Shown here one piece after another: positions 46,424 to 55,889 of a stretch of 64,000 bases of DNA. The stretch spans positions 4,265 through 68,264 of the forward strand of contig JAYQSP010000009.1 of NCBI GenBank assembly GCA_038146925.1, given 5' to 3'. Made by a program: the position numbers and the translations under genes. Numbering within the stretch: position 1 is the first letter of the stretch; each line of letters opens with the position of its first letter. This stretch comes from Alphaproteobacteria bacterium. GTDB lineage: Bacteria; Pseudomonadota; Alphaproteobacteria; MPNO01; UBA830. The notes beneath the pieces are model-generated. The model searched no databases. It had not been told where the DNA came from and saw only the letters and a list, made by a program, of their open reading frames with translations.

Positions 46424-46990
46424 CTACTCGATCGACACCGGCTCTCCGTCGCTCTGGCGCAGAACGATTCCGTCCTCGCCGTCTTCCAGCGTCCAGCGAT
46501 ACCGGGTGGCGTAGCGCTGCACGTCGTTTTCCTGCCACGCCTCGCGCAACGCGTCGCCGGCAAGGTCGGTATTGGCCTGAACGTCGGCCTCCGACAGAAC
46601 TTGCGACGGCGGATGACGCAACAACCAGCACAGAGCTTCCCAGCCGGTCTTGCCGTCGCGCCGGCTGGGTTGCGGTTCTACATAACCGGGCCCTTCCGGT
46701 CCGCCCATGACCTCGACGCCTTTCCAGAAAGCGATGTGATCTCGGATATTCTCGGCCTGTCCGTACGGGGCGTTGTACCGCCATGCCGCGCCCTCCAGCC
46801 GCTCGCCGTCGACCACGACGTCATAATAATCGGCATGGCCTTTCCAGTGACAGAACGTGGTGCCGAAACCGGGGTTTTCCTCCAGCTTCGACATGTCGAT
46901 CGCGCTTACCGGGAAATAGGCGTTGCCTTCCACATGTTCGATTTCGTCTGTCTCGGCGATCGTGACGCCTTTCCAGCTTGCCTTGGCCAT
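46424..46990 (-). CDS. DUF427 domain protein with C-terminal extension
   Basis: W.G..IAE......VEGN.YFP, T.CHWKG.A.YY, AAW.Y..P...A..I..H.AFW, then about 85 extra residues. Confidence 0.85.
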   Translation of the reverse strand: MAKASWKGVTIAETDEIEHVEGNAYFPVSAIDMSKLEENPGFGTTFCHWKGHADYYDVVVDGERLEGAAWRYNAPYGQAENIRDHIAFWKGVEVMGGPEGPGYVEPQPSRRDGKTGWEALCWLLRHPPSQVLSEADVQANTDLAGDALREAWQENDVQRYATRYRWTLEDGEDGIVLRQSDGEPVSIE

Positions 46991-47001
46991 TGTCTCCCCC
47001 T

Positions 47002-47940
47002 CTATACCGCCGCTTCCAGCAGCAAATCCGCGACTGCACCGGGTTCCGTCACCATTGCATCATGGGTGGTATCGAGCTCGCGGTAGATCCAGCTGTCATC
47101 GCTGCGGATCGTCTTCGCCTGCGTCATGAACGGCGTCGGCCCGGAAGCGTCGGTGCAGAGAATATAGGTCCGCGCCAGACCGTCGCCCCCGCCATTCGTC
47201 AGACGAACCGGGGTGATCTGCGTATTGACGGGATGCGGCACCACGCGGCGCGCCACCCAGTCGAAACGGTCGGCGGGTTCGCGCGGCAGGTCGAACATCC
47301 GCGCCGTGTCGGGCGGCACGCCGCCATTTGCGTTGGCGGCGGCGCGGCGTCGGGCGATTTCGGCTTCAACCGCGTCGTCGTCTCCCCCGGCCTGCGTCAG
47401 GCGCACAGTCATCGTCGCCGAACTGTCGCCCACCTGATGCACGAAGGCGATGTTGTTCGGTGCTTCGTCCCAGACCATCGGCGCACCGTCGGCCGCCGCG
47501 CCCTCGGTATCCACGATCGCGGGCAACGGGTCGTAGTCGACGACGATCGCCTCCGCCGCGTCCAGCGCCTGCATTTTCGTCTGCGCCACCACGAAGGCCA
47601 CGCAGTCCCCGACGCAGCGCACCCGGTCGGATACCAGCGCGGGAAACGGGGGCGCGAAGGCGATGGACCCGTCCCGGAGTTTCCGCGGCGGATCGCCCGG
47701 CACGTCGCCCCAGCCGAGTTCCTGCCAGTCCGCACCGGTCAGTACCGCCAGCACCCCGGGCGCGGCTTCGACCGCCGAGGTGTCGATGGACAGGATTTTC
47801 GCGTGTGCATGCGGCGAGCGCAGCACGACGCCGTGCGCCATGCCGGGCAGAGACCGGTCGTCGGCAAACTTCCCCCCGCCGCGCAGAAGCCGCGGGTCCT
47901 CCGACCGCGGCACCGATTGTCCGAGCGCGTATTTACCCAT
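47002..47940 (-). pseudogene. In-frame chimera: CoxL/XDH large-subunit N-terminus joined to alpha/beta-hydrolase C-terminus
   Basis: GQSVPR.ED.RLL.G.G.F.DD, RSPHAHA.I up to NNIAF...GD; then DWV.RR..PHP, RTYI.CT, RELDTTHDAMVTEP..VA.LL. Confidence 0.75.
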
Positions 47941-47968
47941 TTAATTTAAGTCTTCTCGGCGGCCTGCC

Positions 47969-48790
47969 TTACGCCCCGGCTTCGGCCTCCTGGCGGTATT
48001 TCGGATCGACGTAGCGTTCTCCCGCCGCGCGGATATGCGCGATGATGTCGTCGTCGAACCGGTCCTGCGGGACCGGGTCGTCGTCCCAGTAGCCGTAGTC
48101 ATCCACGCCGCGTACGAGACATGCGGTACGCCGCCCGATGGTCGATTTCACATGGGTGGGGATGAAAAACAGCGCCAGTCCGATACGGGTGGTGTCGGTG
48201 TCGTTGGGATCCGACGCGTGCAGGATACGCTCGTGGTGGCACGAGAACTGCCCCTGTTTCAGGGGCAGGTACATGGCGTTGCTGTCGTCGATCCCGCGAA
48301 TGACCTGACCGCGAGCCAGAAGATTGTCCTCGGCGAAGGTTTCCTCATGCTCGTAGGCCGCCCCGCGATGCGACCCGGGAATAACCTTCATGCAGCCCAT
48401 GTCCGGCGTGGAATCCGTGATCGCCAGCCATACGGTGACGAGTTCGTGCGGATCGAGACCGAAATAGGCGGAATCCTGGTGCCAGGATACGAAAGAGCCG
48501 TCCTGCGCGCCCTTGATCCAGAAGCGCGACGCGAACGCCAGGATATTCGGGCCGATCAGGTCTTCGACGACATCGAGAATACGCTCGTTGAACGTGAAGT
48601 CGTACGACCGGCGGAAACAGAGATGTCCCTTGATCTGAAGCTGGCCGGCGGAGATCCCGTTGGCGGCTTCGAAGGCGTCGAGATCCTCCAGCATCGCCGC
48701 GGCTTCGGACGGATCGATCCCCTCCATCGGCGCGAGAAAGCCGTTCTCGCGGTAAGATTCGATCTGTTCTTCGGTCAGCACTTTCGGCAT
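47969..48790 (-). CDS. Phytanoyl-CoA dioxygenase (PhyH) family protein
   Basis: Y.ENGF, LIGPNIL, WHQDSAY (HxD), TVWLA..D.....GCM.VIPGSH, HH..ILHAS.PN. Confidence 0.92.
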   Translation of the reverse strand: MPKVLTEEQIESYRENGFLAPMEGIDPSEAAAMLEDLDAFEAANGISAGQLQIKGHLCFRRSYDFTFNERILDVVEDLIGPNILAFASRFWIKGAQDGSFVSWHQDSAYFGLDPHELVTVWLAITDSTPDMGCMKVIPGSHRGAAYEHEETFAEDNLLARGQVIRGIDDSNAMYLPLKQGQFSCHHERILHASDPNDTDTTRIGLALFFIPTHVKSTIGRRTACLVRGVDDYGYWDDDPVPQDRFDDDIIAHIRAAGERYVDPKYRQEAEAGA

Positions 48791-48890
48791 CCGTCGGCTC
48801 CCTCTGAGTGAGAACGAAGTTTAGGGGATGCGATGGGCGGTGGGAAGTTCGGCTTTCGCGCGACTGCGGCGTCTCGAAGGCCCTGCCGCG

Positions 48891-49445
48891 CTAATGCACC
48901 TTTTTCTTGTCTTCCAGTTTTTCCGGCGGGTCGGGATAGCGGACGGCTGACCGGGAATCGATTTCGACCTCCGTCTCGATCTCGCCGGCGCGGGCGAAGG
49001 CGATCACGATGGGGAGCATGTCGCCCTTGTGCAGATCCCGGGTCAGTTCCTGCAGTTCCAGCGCCGCGACGCCGGGTTCGAAATGGAACACTTCGTGACC
49101 TTCGACCGGCACCGGGCCGACCATGACAGGGCGCAGCATCGGGCCGTGCTTCTTGAACTGGACGATACGGACCCGTTTGGCGACGTTCACTTCGCCGCCT
49201 TTCAGACGCACGGCGCTCTCGCTGTCGTTCCTGACGGTCAGGAATATATAGGCGTTTTCGCCCTTGCGTGCGGCGCGGGTCCAAATGCCCTTCACATGTA
49301 TGTCTTCGATATTCGCCGGGGGCGGCAGCGGTGCTTTTTCGCCCTTTTTTTTGGGTTTGGCGGGCGCACCCGCGTCGGCGCCGATCGACATCAGCCCCAC
49401 GATCAGCGCGACCGCAACCGATTGAACGAACTTACGAGTACCCAT
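48891..49445 (-). CDS. PCu(A)C copper-chaperone-like periplasmic protein lacking canonical Cu ligands
   Basis: Signal peptide; W.RA......A..F.T..N......L.G.....A..V, F.PG...L.L..L...L..GD..P....F..AG. Confidence 0.7.
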   Translation of the reverse strand: MGTRKFVQSVAVALIVGLMSIGADAGAPAKPKKKGEKAPLPPPANIEDIHVKGIWTRAARKGENAYIFLTVRNDSESAVRLKGGEVNVAKRVRIVQFKKHGPMLRPVMVGPVPVEGHEVFHFEPGVAALELQELTRDLHKGDMLPIVIAFARAGEIETEVEIDSRSAVRYPDPPEKLEDKKKVH

Positions 49446-49532
49446 GATCCTGCCCGCTGCGTTACCCAACGGAAGAACTATGTCGGCGACAGGTTTACAG
49501 CCCCCTAACCGGCATCGTTAATTTTCGAATTT

Positions 49533-50432
49533 TCAACTCCCGGGCACGGTCCCGGCAGGCAAGCCGCTTGCATGCTCATAGATATCCCTCGGCCGGCAGA
49601 ACCAGATTTTTTCGGCATCCGGATGATTGACGATATGGGTCAGGATATCCCGCAGGCCCGCCAGACGGTAAGGCTGGCCGACCACGAAGGTATGCATCGC
49701 CAGGCTGAAAATCAGCGGCTGGTTGTCACACTGGCGCATCTGTTCGTCGAAATGGGCGGTAACCATGCGGGTAAAATCGTCCGACGTATGACGGCGGCTC
49801 AGCTGGGCGGGAGAATCGTTGATCTCGATGTGATACGGGATGGACAGGATCGGCCCCGTCCCGGTCGTCATCCAGAACGGCTGGTCGTCCGCGGACCAGT
49901 CCATGATGTAGCGGTACCCGTTGGCATGAAGCAGGTCCGGCGTGTGGGCGCTTTCCGAGATCCACGGCCCCATCCAGCCGCCCGGTCCGTCGCCTTCGTG
50001 CGTGCGGAACGCCTCGGTCGCCCTGGCGATGAGATCGGCTTCCTCGTCTTTGGGGTAGCCGCCCTGCTCTTCCGAATTGGTCACGCCGTGACCGACGAAT
50101 TCGTCGCCGCGGGCGCGAATTTTCGCAGGTATCTGCGGGGCGTAATCGTAAATCGACGTGTTCATCAGGTGACACATCGGCAGGCCGAACTGGTCGAACA
50201 GGTCGAAGACCCGCCATATTCCAACGCGCAGGCCGTAATCCCGCCATGCGTAATTGCGCACGTCCGGCTGGGTGCCGGGATTGGTCGGGGTGTGGCCCAG
50301 CCCTTCGCCGAAGCTGAAATGCTCGATATTCAGGGCGAAATAGACGGCCAGACGCTTGCCGTCCGGCCAGTCGTAATCCGGCCGTTCGGTGATCGGCGAG
50401 TAGTCGTAGCGATTGTGTTTTTTCAGTTCCAC
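49533..50432 (-). CDS. Polysaccharide deacetylase family protein (PuuE allantoinase-like)
   Basis: RYDYSPI.ERP.Y.WP.GKRLA, WRDYG.RVG.WR, EFVGHG, GWMGP..SES..TP.LL...GY.Y..DW..DDQP; GTG start at 50432. Confidence 0.88.
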   Translation of the reverse strand: MELKKHNRYDYSPITERPDYDWPDGKRLAVYFALNIEHFSFGEGLGHTPTNPGTQPDVRNYAWRDYGLRVGIWRVFDLFDQFGLPMCHLMNTSIYDYAPQIPAKIRARGDEFVGHGVTNSEEQGGYPKDEEADLIARATEAFRTHEGDGPGGWMGPWISESAHTPDLLHANGYRYIMDWSADDQPFWMTTGTGPILSIPYHIEINDSPAQLSRRHTSDDFTRMVTAHFDEQMRQCDNQPLIFSLAMHTFVVGQPYRLAGLRDILTHIVNHPDAEKIWFCRPRDIYEHASGLPAGTVPGS

Positions 50433-50593
50433 CTGCGATGGCCCCTCTGTCCGGTATCCCGCTGGATATTCCCAGCGCGGCGGTTGCAGATCAAGGGCAG
50501 CGCCATGCGTTTTCGCCTCTTGAACTGCGTACGGCGAGGTGGGACATTTGCGCCTGATTTCCGGGATGAGGAAGACCAAAAAGGGAGGTAGCC

Positions 50594-51466
50594 GTGAAGG
50601 CGCCGAAATTTTCTTATGTACGGGCGGACAGCGTGGATCACGCGCTCGAACTGCTCGACAAGCACGGCGAGGACGCACGCATTCTCGCCGGCGGACAAAG
50701 CCTGATGCCGACGCTGAACATGCGTCTGTCGCAGCCTGAGATTCTGATCGACATCAACCGACTGGACGAGATGAAAGGTATTTCGCTGGACGGCGATACC
50801 GTCGTCATCGGCGCGCTGACCAGACATGTCGAGGTTATGAACTCCAACATCGTCGCTGAACACCTGCCGCTGATCGCAGAAGCCATGCCGCATGTGGCGC
50901 ACGTCGCGGTCCGCAACCGGGGCACCATCGGCGGCAGCATCGCGCTGTCCGATCCGGCGGCCGAAATGCCGGCCTGCGCCCTGGCGCTGGGGGCGACGCT
51001 TGTTGTGCAAAGCAGCAGCGGCAAGCGCGAGATTCCGGCGGAAGAATTTTTCCACGGGCTTTACGAAACTGCGCGGGCGGAGAACGAGCTGCTGGTCGAG
51101 ATCCGCTATCCGTCGCAGAAAAAGGAAAACGTGTCGGTATTCCTGGAACTGGCGCGCCGCCATGGCGATTTCGCCATCGCGGGCATCTGCGCCTACGGCA
51201 AGGTTTCCGGAAACACGATCGACGACATGCGGCTGGTCTATTTCGCCAGCGAGGATCGCCCGGTGATCGGCGAGAACGCCATCGCCGCCCTGAACGGCAA
51301 GACGTGGTCGGACGATACCAAGGAGGCCGTCACCTCGGCCCTCGAAAACGACCTCGACCCCATGGCCAATCTGCATGGATCATCCGCCATGAAAATGCAC
51401 CTGCAGAAAGTGCTGACGGGACGCGCCATGGATGCCGCGGTCGCCCGGGCGGGAGGCGCGTCATGA
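50594..51466 (+). CDS. XDH/CoxM family FAD-binding medium subunit
   Basis: AGGQSLMP.LN.RL..P..LIDIN, H.A.RNRGT.GGS....DPAAE, E.ARRHGDFA. Confidence 0.93.
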   Translation: MKAPKFSYVRADSVDHALELLDKHGEDARILAGGQSLMPTLNMRLSQPEILIDINRLDEMKGISLDGDTVVIGALTRHVEVMNSNIVAEHLPLIAEAMPHVAHVAVRNRGTIGGSIALSDPAAEMPACALALGATLVVQSSSGKREIPAEEFFHGLYETARAENELLVEIRYPSQKKENVSVFLELARRHGDFAIAGICAYGKVSGNTIDDMRLVYFASEDRPVIGENAIAALNGKTWSDDTKEAVTSALENDLDPMANLHGSSAMKMHLQKVLTGRAMDAAVARAGGAS

Positions 51467-51945
51467 GCGAGGAAATGGTCACCGTCAACATGACGGTCAA
51501 CGGCGAGGCGGTCACGAAGACCATCCCTGTCCGCACCCATCTGGTCGATTTCATCCGCACCGAGCTTGGCTTTACGGGGTCCCATCTCGGCTGCGAGCAC
51601 GGCATCTGCGGCGCGTGTTCGGTGCGCGTCGACGGCGACGTGGTGCGCGGCTGCCTGATGCTGGCGGCCCAGGCCGAAGGCGCGGAGGTGATGACCATCG
51701 AAGGCATCACCGACACCGGCGAGATCGCCGACCTGCAGGACAAGTTCGTCGAGCGTAACGCGCTGCAATGCGGGTTCTGCACGCCCGGCATGCTGATGAC
51801 CGCCGCCGAACTGCTGGCGCAGAAAACCGAGATGAGCCGCGAGGACATCCGCGAATTCATGTCCGGCAACTACTGCCGCTGCACCGGCTACCACGCCATC
51901 GTGGATGCGATCGAATCCATCAATAACGAACGCCTGAAGGGATAA
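51463..51945 (+). CDS. XDH/CoxS family 2x[2Fe-2S] small subunit
   Basis: GCEHGICGAC.V, QCGFCTPG, GNYCRCTGY; ATGA overlap with medium subunit. Confidence 0.95.
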   Translation: MSEEMVTVNMTVNGEAVTKTIPVRTHLVDFIRTELGFTGSHLGCEHGICGACSVRVDGDVVRGCLMLAAQAEGAEVMTIEGITDTGEIADLQDKFVERNALQCGFCTPGMLMTAAELLAQKTEMSREDIREFMSGNYCRCTGYHAIVDAIESINNERLKG

Positions 51946-51947
51946 TC

Positions 51948-54329
51948 ATGGGCTTTATCCATCCTTACGACCGGCCCAATTCCTACATTGGCCGTACCCT
52001 GCCCCGCTCCCGCGCCAAGCGCGCCGTCGCCGGCCGCGGCCGCTATACGGACGACATCACGCCGCCCCGCACCCTGCACGCGGCGTTCGTCCGCAGCCCC
52101 TATGCCCATGCGAAAATTCTGAACATCGACGTCGATGCCGCCAAGGCGGCCCCTGGCGTGAAACTGGTCATGACCGGCGCGGAACTGGCCGAGATGTGCA
52201 CCGGTCCGTGGGTCGGCACGCTGACCGTATTCGAGAACATGAAGGCCGAGCCGCAATACCCGATGGCGGTCGACCGGGTCTGCTGGCACGGCGAACCGGT
52301 GGTGATGATCATCGCCGAGACCCGCGCTCAGGCGGAAGACGCCGGTGAGCTGGTCCTGATCGATTACGAGGAACTGCCCGTCGTCATCAACAAGGAAACC
52401 GCGCTGGATGCGGATTCTCCCGTCATCCACGCCAATCTCGGCGACAACAAGGCGTGGGAAAACACGCTGGGCTCCGGCGACGTCGACAAGGCGTTCGAGG
52501 AAGCCGACCACGTGCTGGAGGAAACCTTCTATTTCGGCCGTCACACGGCGGTCAGCCTGGAATCGCGGATTGTGCTGAGCGAATACGATCCCGGCACCGA
52601 GCGGCTGACCATCCATACGTCCAGCCAGTGTCCGCATATGATCGAAACCGTGTTCGCGCAGACGCTCGGCGTGCCGGAACACAATGTGCGGATCGTCGCG
52701 CCGGACGTCGGCGGCTCGTTCGGCCTCAAGATTCATACCTTCGGCGACGAGGTCGCAGCCACCGCGGCGGCGATCAAGCTCGGACGCCCGGTGAAGTTCG
52801 TCGCTGACCGTCTGGAATCCTTCGTCTCCGACATTCACGCCCGCGAAAACCGGGTGAAGGCCAAGATCGGCATCATGAACGACGGCACCATGATCGCCGC
52901 CGAGATCGACGATCTGTCCGGCGTCGGCGCCTATTCACAGTATCCGCGGACCTCGGTGTTCGAGGCCAACCAGATCCTCAACATCACCTTCGGCCCCTAC
53001 AAGCATCCGAACTATCGCGCCAAGGCGACCGTCGTCTATCTGAACGCGGTGCCGACATCGCAGTACCGCGCGGTCGGCCATCCGATCGGCATTTCGGTCG
53101 GCGAGTTCATGATGGACTGGGCGGCCGACGTGACCGGCCTCGATCCGTTCGAGATCCGGCGTCGCAACGTGATGGAAGACGATTCCTATCCGCGCAATAT
53201 CGGCTCCGGCATTCCGATGAAGGACCTGTCGCATCAGGCGTGCCTCGAAAAACTGCACGGGCTGATGGAATACGACAAGCTTCTCGCCGAACAGGCCGAA
53301 CTGCGTGAAAAGGGCATCTATCGCGGCATCGGCGTCGCCGGGTTCATCAAGGGCACGGCCCCCAGCCCTGTCGGCTATTACGGCGCCGGCGGCGCGCGGA
53401 TCGCAGCTCAGGACGCCACGACCGTGAAGCTGGAACCCAATGGCGGCGTGATCGTCGCGCTGGGCGTGACCGATCAGGGCCAGGGCGTCGACACCGTGAT
53501 GGAACAGATCGCGGCGGCGGCCATCGGCTGCGACATGGACATGGTCCGTGCCATTTCGGGCGACACCGACGCCATTCCCTATGGCGGCGGCACCTATGCG
53601 TCGCGCGCCACCGCCATCGGCGGCGAGGCGACCTATCAGGCGGCGCTCGATCTGCGGCGCGAAATCCTGCACATGGCGGGAATTCTGCTCCAGACCGACC
53701 CGGAAAACCTCGATATCGTCGATGGCGCGGTGGTCGACGAAGGATCGACCGATGCGCGTATTCCGCTTTCCGAAATAGGACGCATAGGGCATTTCCAGCT
53801 CGGCGAACTGCCCAACGACTATCAGCCGGTGCTGTCGCACACGCGGCGCTACCGGTTGCAGGATTCGCCCTATATCTACACCAACGGCATTCACGGTGCC
53901 TATGTTGAGGTCGATGTCGATACCGGCTGGATCAGGCACCTGAAGCACTGGGTGGTAGAGGATTGCGGACGCATCATCAACGAACAGCTCGCCGACGAAC
54001 AAATCCGCGGCGGCTGCGTCCAGGGTCTGGGCGGCGCGCTGTACGAGCACTGCATCTACGACGAGTACGGCCAGCTGCAGAACGGTACCATGGCGGATTA
54101 CGTGACGCCGATGATGTCGGAAATGCCGGACATTCACGTCGGACACGTCCAGACACCGACCAGCGAATCCGAACTCGGCGCAAAGGGCGCCGGCGAATCC
54201 GGAACCGGGGCGGCCCCCGGCGTGATGATGAACGCCGTCAACAACGCCATCAAACCGCTGACCGACGGCCGTGTGACCGAACAGCCGATCACGCCGGAAG
54301 TGGTGCTGAAAGCGCTGGGGAAGATCTAA
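51948..54329 (+). CDS. XDH/CoxL family molybdopterin-binding large subunit (not CO dehydrogenase)
   Basis: RSPYAHAKI, GGSFGLK, QYRAVGHP (no AYXCSFR or AYXGAGR), DQGQG, GAKGAGESG. Confidence 0.93.
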   Translation: MGFIHPYDRPNSYIGRTLPRSRAKRAVAGRGRYTDDITPPRTLHAAFVRSPYAHAKILNIDVDAAKAAPGVKLVMTGAELAEMCTGPWVGTLTVFENMKAEPQYPMAVDRVCWHGEPVVMIIAETRAQAEDAGELVLIDYEELPVVINKETALDADSPVIHANLGDNKAWENTLGSGDVDKAFEEADHVLEETFYFGRHTAVSLESRIVLSEYDPGTERLTIHTSSQCPHMIETVFAQTLGVPEHNVRIVAPDVGGSFGLKIHTFGDEVAATAAAIKLGRPVKFVADRLESFVSDIHARENRVKAKIGIMNDGTMIAAEIDDLSGVGAYSQYPRTSVFEANQILNITFGPYKHPNYRAKATVVYLNAVPTSQYRAVGHPIGISVGEFMMDWAADVTGLDPFEIRRRNVMEDDSYPRNIGSGIPMKDLSHQACLEKLHGLMEYDKLLAEQAELREKGIYRGIGVAGFIKGTAPSPVGYYGAGGARIAAQDATTVKLEPNGGVIVALGVTDQGQGVDTVMEQIAAAAIGCDMDMVRAISGDTDAIPYGGGTYASRATAIGGEATYQAALDLRREILHMAGILLQTDPENLDIVDGAVVDEGSTDARIPLSEIGRIGHFQLGELPNDYQPVLSHTRRYRLQDSPYIYTNGIHGAYVEVDVDTGWIRHLKHWVVEDCGRIINEQLADEQIRGGCVQGLGGALYEHCIYDEYGQLQNGTMADYVTPMMSEMPDIHVGHVQTPTSESELGAKGAGESGTGAAPGVMMNAVNNAIKPLTDGRVTEQPITPEVVLKALGKI

Positions 54330-54352
54330 ACTAGTTCATCGACGCTCATTCG

Positions 54353-55138
54353 ATGGAAATGAACCCCGCCGACGGCCAGTTTCTCGGCATGGTCGGGATT
54401 AACGTGTGGTCCTTTATCGGGCTGAACGCCTCCGCGCTGTTCAGTGCATTTGTCGCCTCGATTGCAGGTACCGCCGGCGGGCTCATTCTCATCGGCCTGA
54501 TGGCGCTTGTATTTCCGCCGGCGCTGCTGATTCCCGTTCACACCATCGTTCAGCTGGGAGCTGCGGTCAGTCTCGGAACATCCCGCTGGCGGTACATGTT
54601 GTGGGACAAAGTACTGCCGTTCGTGGTCGGCACTGTCATCGGAGCTGCGATCGGCGGGCAGATTTTCATCGGGCTGTCGGAAAGCGTATTGCTGTTTGTC
54701 CTGGGCGTCAGCATCCTGATCCTGTGCTGGGTGCCGAAGCTCGCGCAGTTCGGTCCGGAAAAGGGACGCTTCGTCTTCGTCGGCTTCGTGGTCACTTTTC
54801 TGGGCGTGTTCATCAGCGCCACCGGTACGCTGCTCGCGGCATTTACCGCCGTTGTCGCCCCCGACCGGCGCAACCACATCGCCATGGTGGGCATCCTGAT
54901 GTCCATCGTGCATATCGCGAAGCTGACCGCGTTCGGATTGCTGGGGGTCAGCTTCGGATCATACGTGCCGCTGATGGCCACCATGATCGCGATGTCGTTT
55001 CTCGGGACCTGGATCGGCAAACACGCAATGGACCGGATCCCCGAACGCGTGTTTCGTATCGGATTTCAGGTTTTGCTGACCCTGCTGGGACTCAGGCTGA
55101 TTTGGCTGGCGGCGGATGCTAGTTTCAACCTGAACTGA
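54353..55138 (+). CDS. TauE/SafE family sulfite exporter-like membrane protein
   Basis: About 8 TM segments; SIAGTAGGLIL, P.HT.VQL, G.V.G..IG, G.WIG......IPE..FR. Confidence 0.8.
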   Translation: MEMNPADGQFLGMVGINVWSFIGLNASALFSAFVASIAGTAGGLILIGLMALVFPPALLIPVHTIVQLGAAVSLGTSRWRYMLWDKVLPFVVGTVIGAAIGGQIFIGLSESVLLFVLGVSILILCWVPKLAQFGPEKGRFVFVGFVVTFLGVFISATGTLLAAFTAVVAPDRRNHIAMVGILMSIVHIAKLTAFGLLGVSFGSYVPLMATMIAMSFLGTWIGKHAMDRIPERVFRIGFQVLLTLLGLRLIWLAADASFNLN

Positions 55139-55160
55139 CCAACCAAGCGGAGACAACACC

Positions 55161-55766
55161 ATGGCACGCGGCATAGTCGATACCGAAGGACTGAACGAAC
55201 CGGACGTCGTGGCGCTGCGTAACACGCCCACACCGGACGGGTTGCCGTTCAGCATCAACAAAATCGGGCACGTGGTCCTGATGGTGCAGGATCTCGAAAA
55301 ATCGGTGAAGTTCTATACCGAGGTTCTGGGGTTCCGGGTCTCCGACGTATATCCGGCCACGATGGTGCCGGGGCGCATGGTGTTCATGCGCTGCGCCCAG
55401 GATCATCATGGCGTCGCGCTGGTCGGCGGTGCGGAAGCGCCGGGCAACAGCAACGAGCTGAACCACCTGGCGTTCGAAGTATCGTCCATCGACGAGGTGT
55501 TCCGCGCCCGCGATCATCTCGAAAAACACGGCGTCAAGATTTCCTATCTCGGGCGCCGCCGCGCCGGCTGCCAGGTCGCGGTGGAGTTCTTCGACCCCGA
55601 CAATCACATGCTGGAAATCTACTGGGGCATCGACCAGATCGGCACCAACGAATGCGCCCGCCCGGCAGAGGAATGGCGCGAGGAAATGACGCTGGAAGCT
55701 GCCGTCGACAATGCGCCCCCGGGCCAGGATACGACCATGACAGACACGTCGCTGCGAAGGGATTGA
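55161..55766 (+). CDS. VOC family (glyoxalase/extradiol dioxygenase-like) protein
   Basis: IGHVVL.V.DLE.S..FY.EVLGF.VSD, DHH..AL, NHLAFEV, F.DPD...LEIY. Confidence 0.9.
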   Translation: MARGIVDTEGLNEPDVVALRNTPTPDGLPFSINKIGHVVLMVQDLEKSVKFYTEVLGFRVSDVYPATMVPGRMVFMRCAQDHHGVALVGGAEAPGNSNELNHLAFEVSSIDEVFRARDHLEKHGVKISYLGRRRAGCQVAVEFFDPDNHMLEIYWGIDQIGTNECARPAEEWREEMTLEAAVDNAPPGQDTTMTDTSLRRD

Positions 55767-55778
55767 GACTGGTCATAA

Positions 55779-55876
55779 CCCCTCTCCCTAGTCTTCTCCA
55801 CGGGAGGGAGAGGGGACTCTTTCTGTAGCATGAGGCGCCATCGAAACCCCTCGCCGCGACGGGGCGAGGGAGAGGA
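55779..55876. repeat. Family B palindrome pair between convergent genes
   Basis: CCCCTCTCCCTAG...GGGAGGGAGAGGGG and CCCCTCGCC...GGGGCGAGGGAGAGG; shares CCCCTCTCCCTAG with 15771-15783. Confidence 0.7.
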
Positions 55877-55889
55877 GGAAACAGGTATC

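Noticed and set aside
47969-48790. PhnY*-type AEP dioxygenase tied to the phosphonate genes
   Set aside because: Generic PhyH motifs only, 25 kb from the AEP genes, and no HD-domain PhnZ partner visible
50594-54329. Aerobic CO dehydrogenase (coxMSL)
   Set aside because: Gene order fits, but the large subunit has QYRAVGHP rather than the form I AYXCSFR or form II AYXGAGR motif, and no coxD/E/F/G is present
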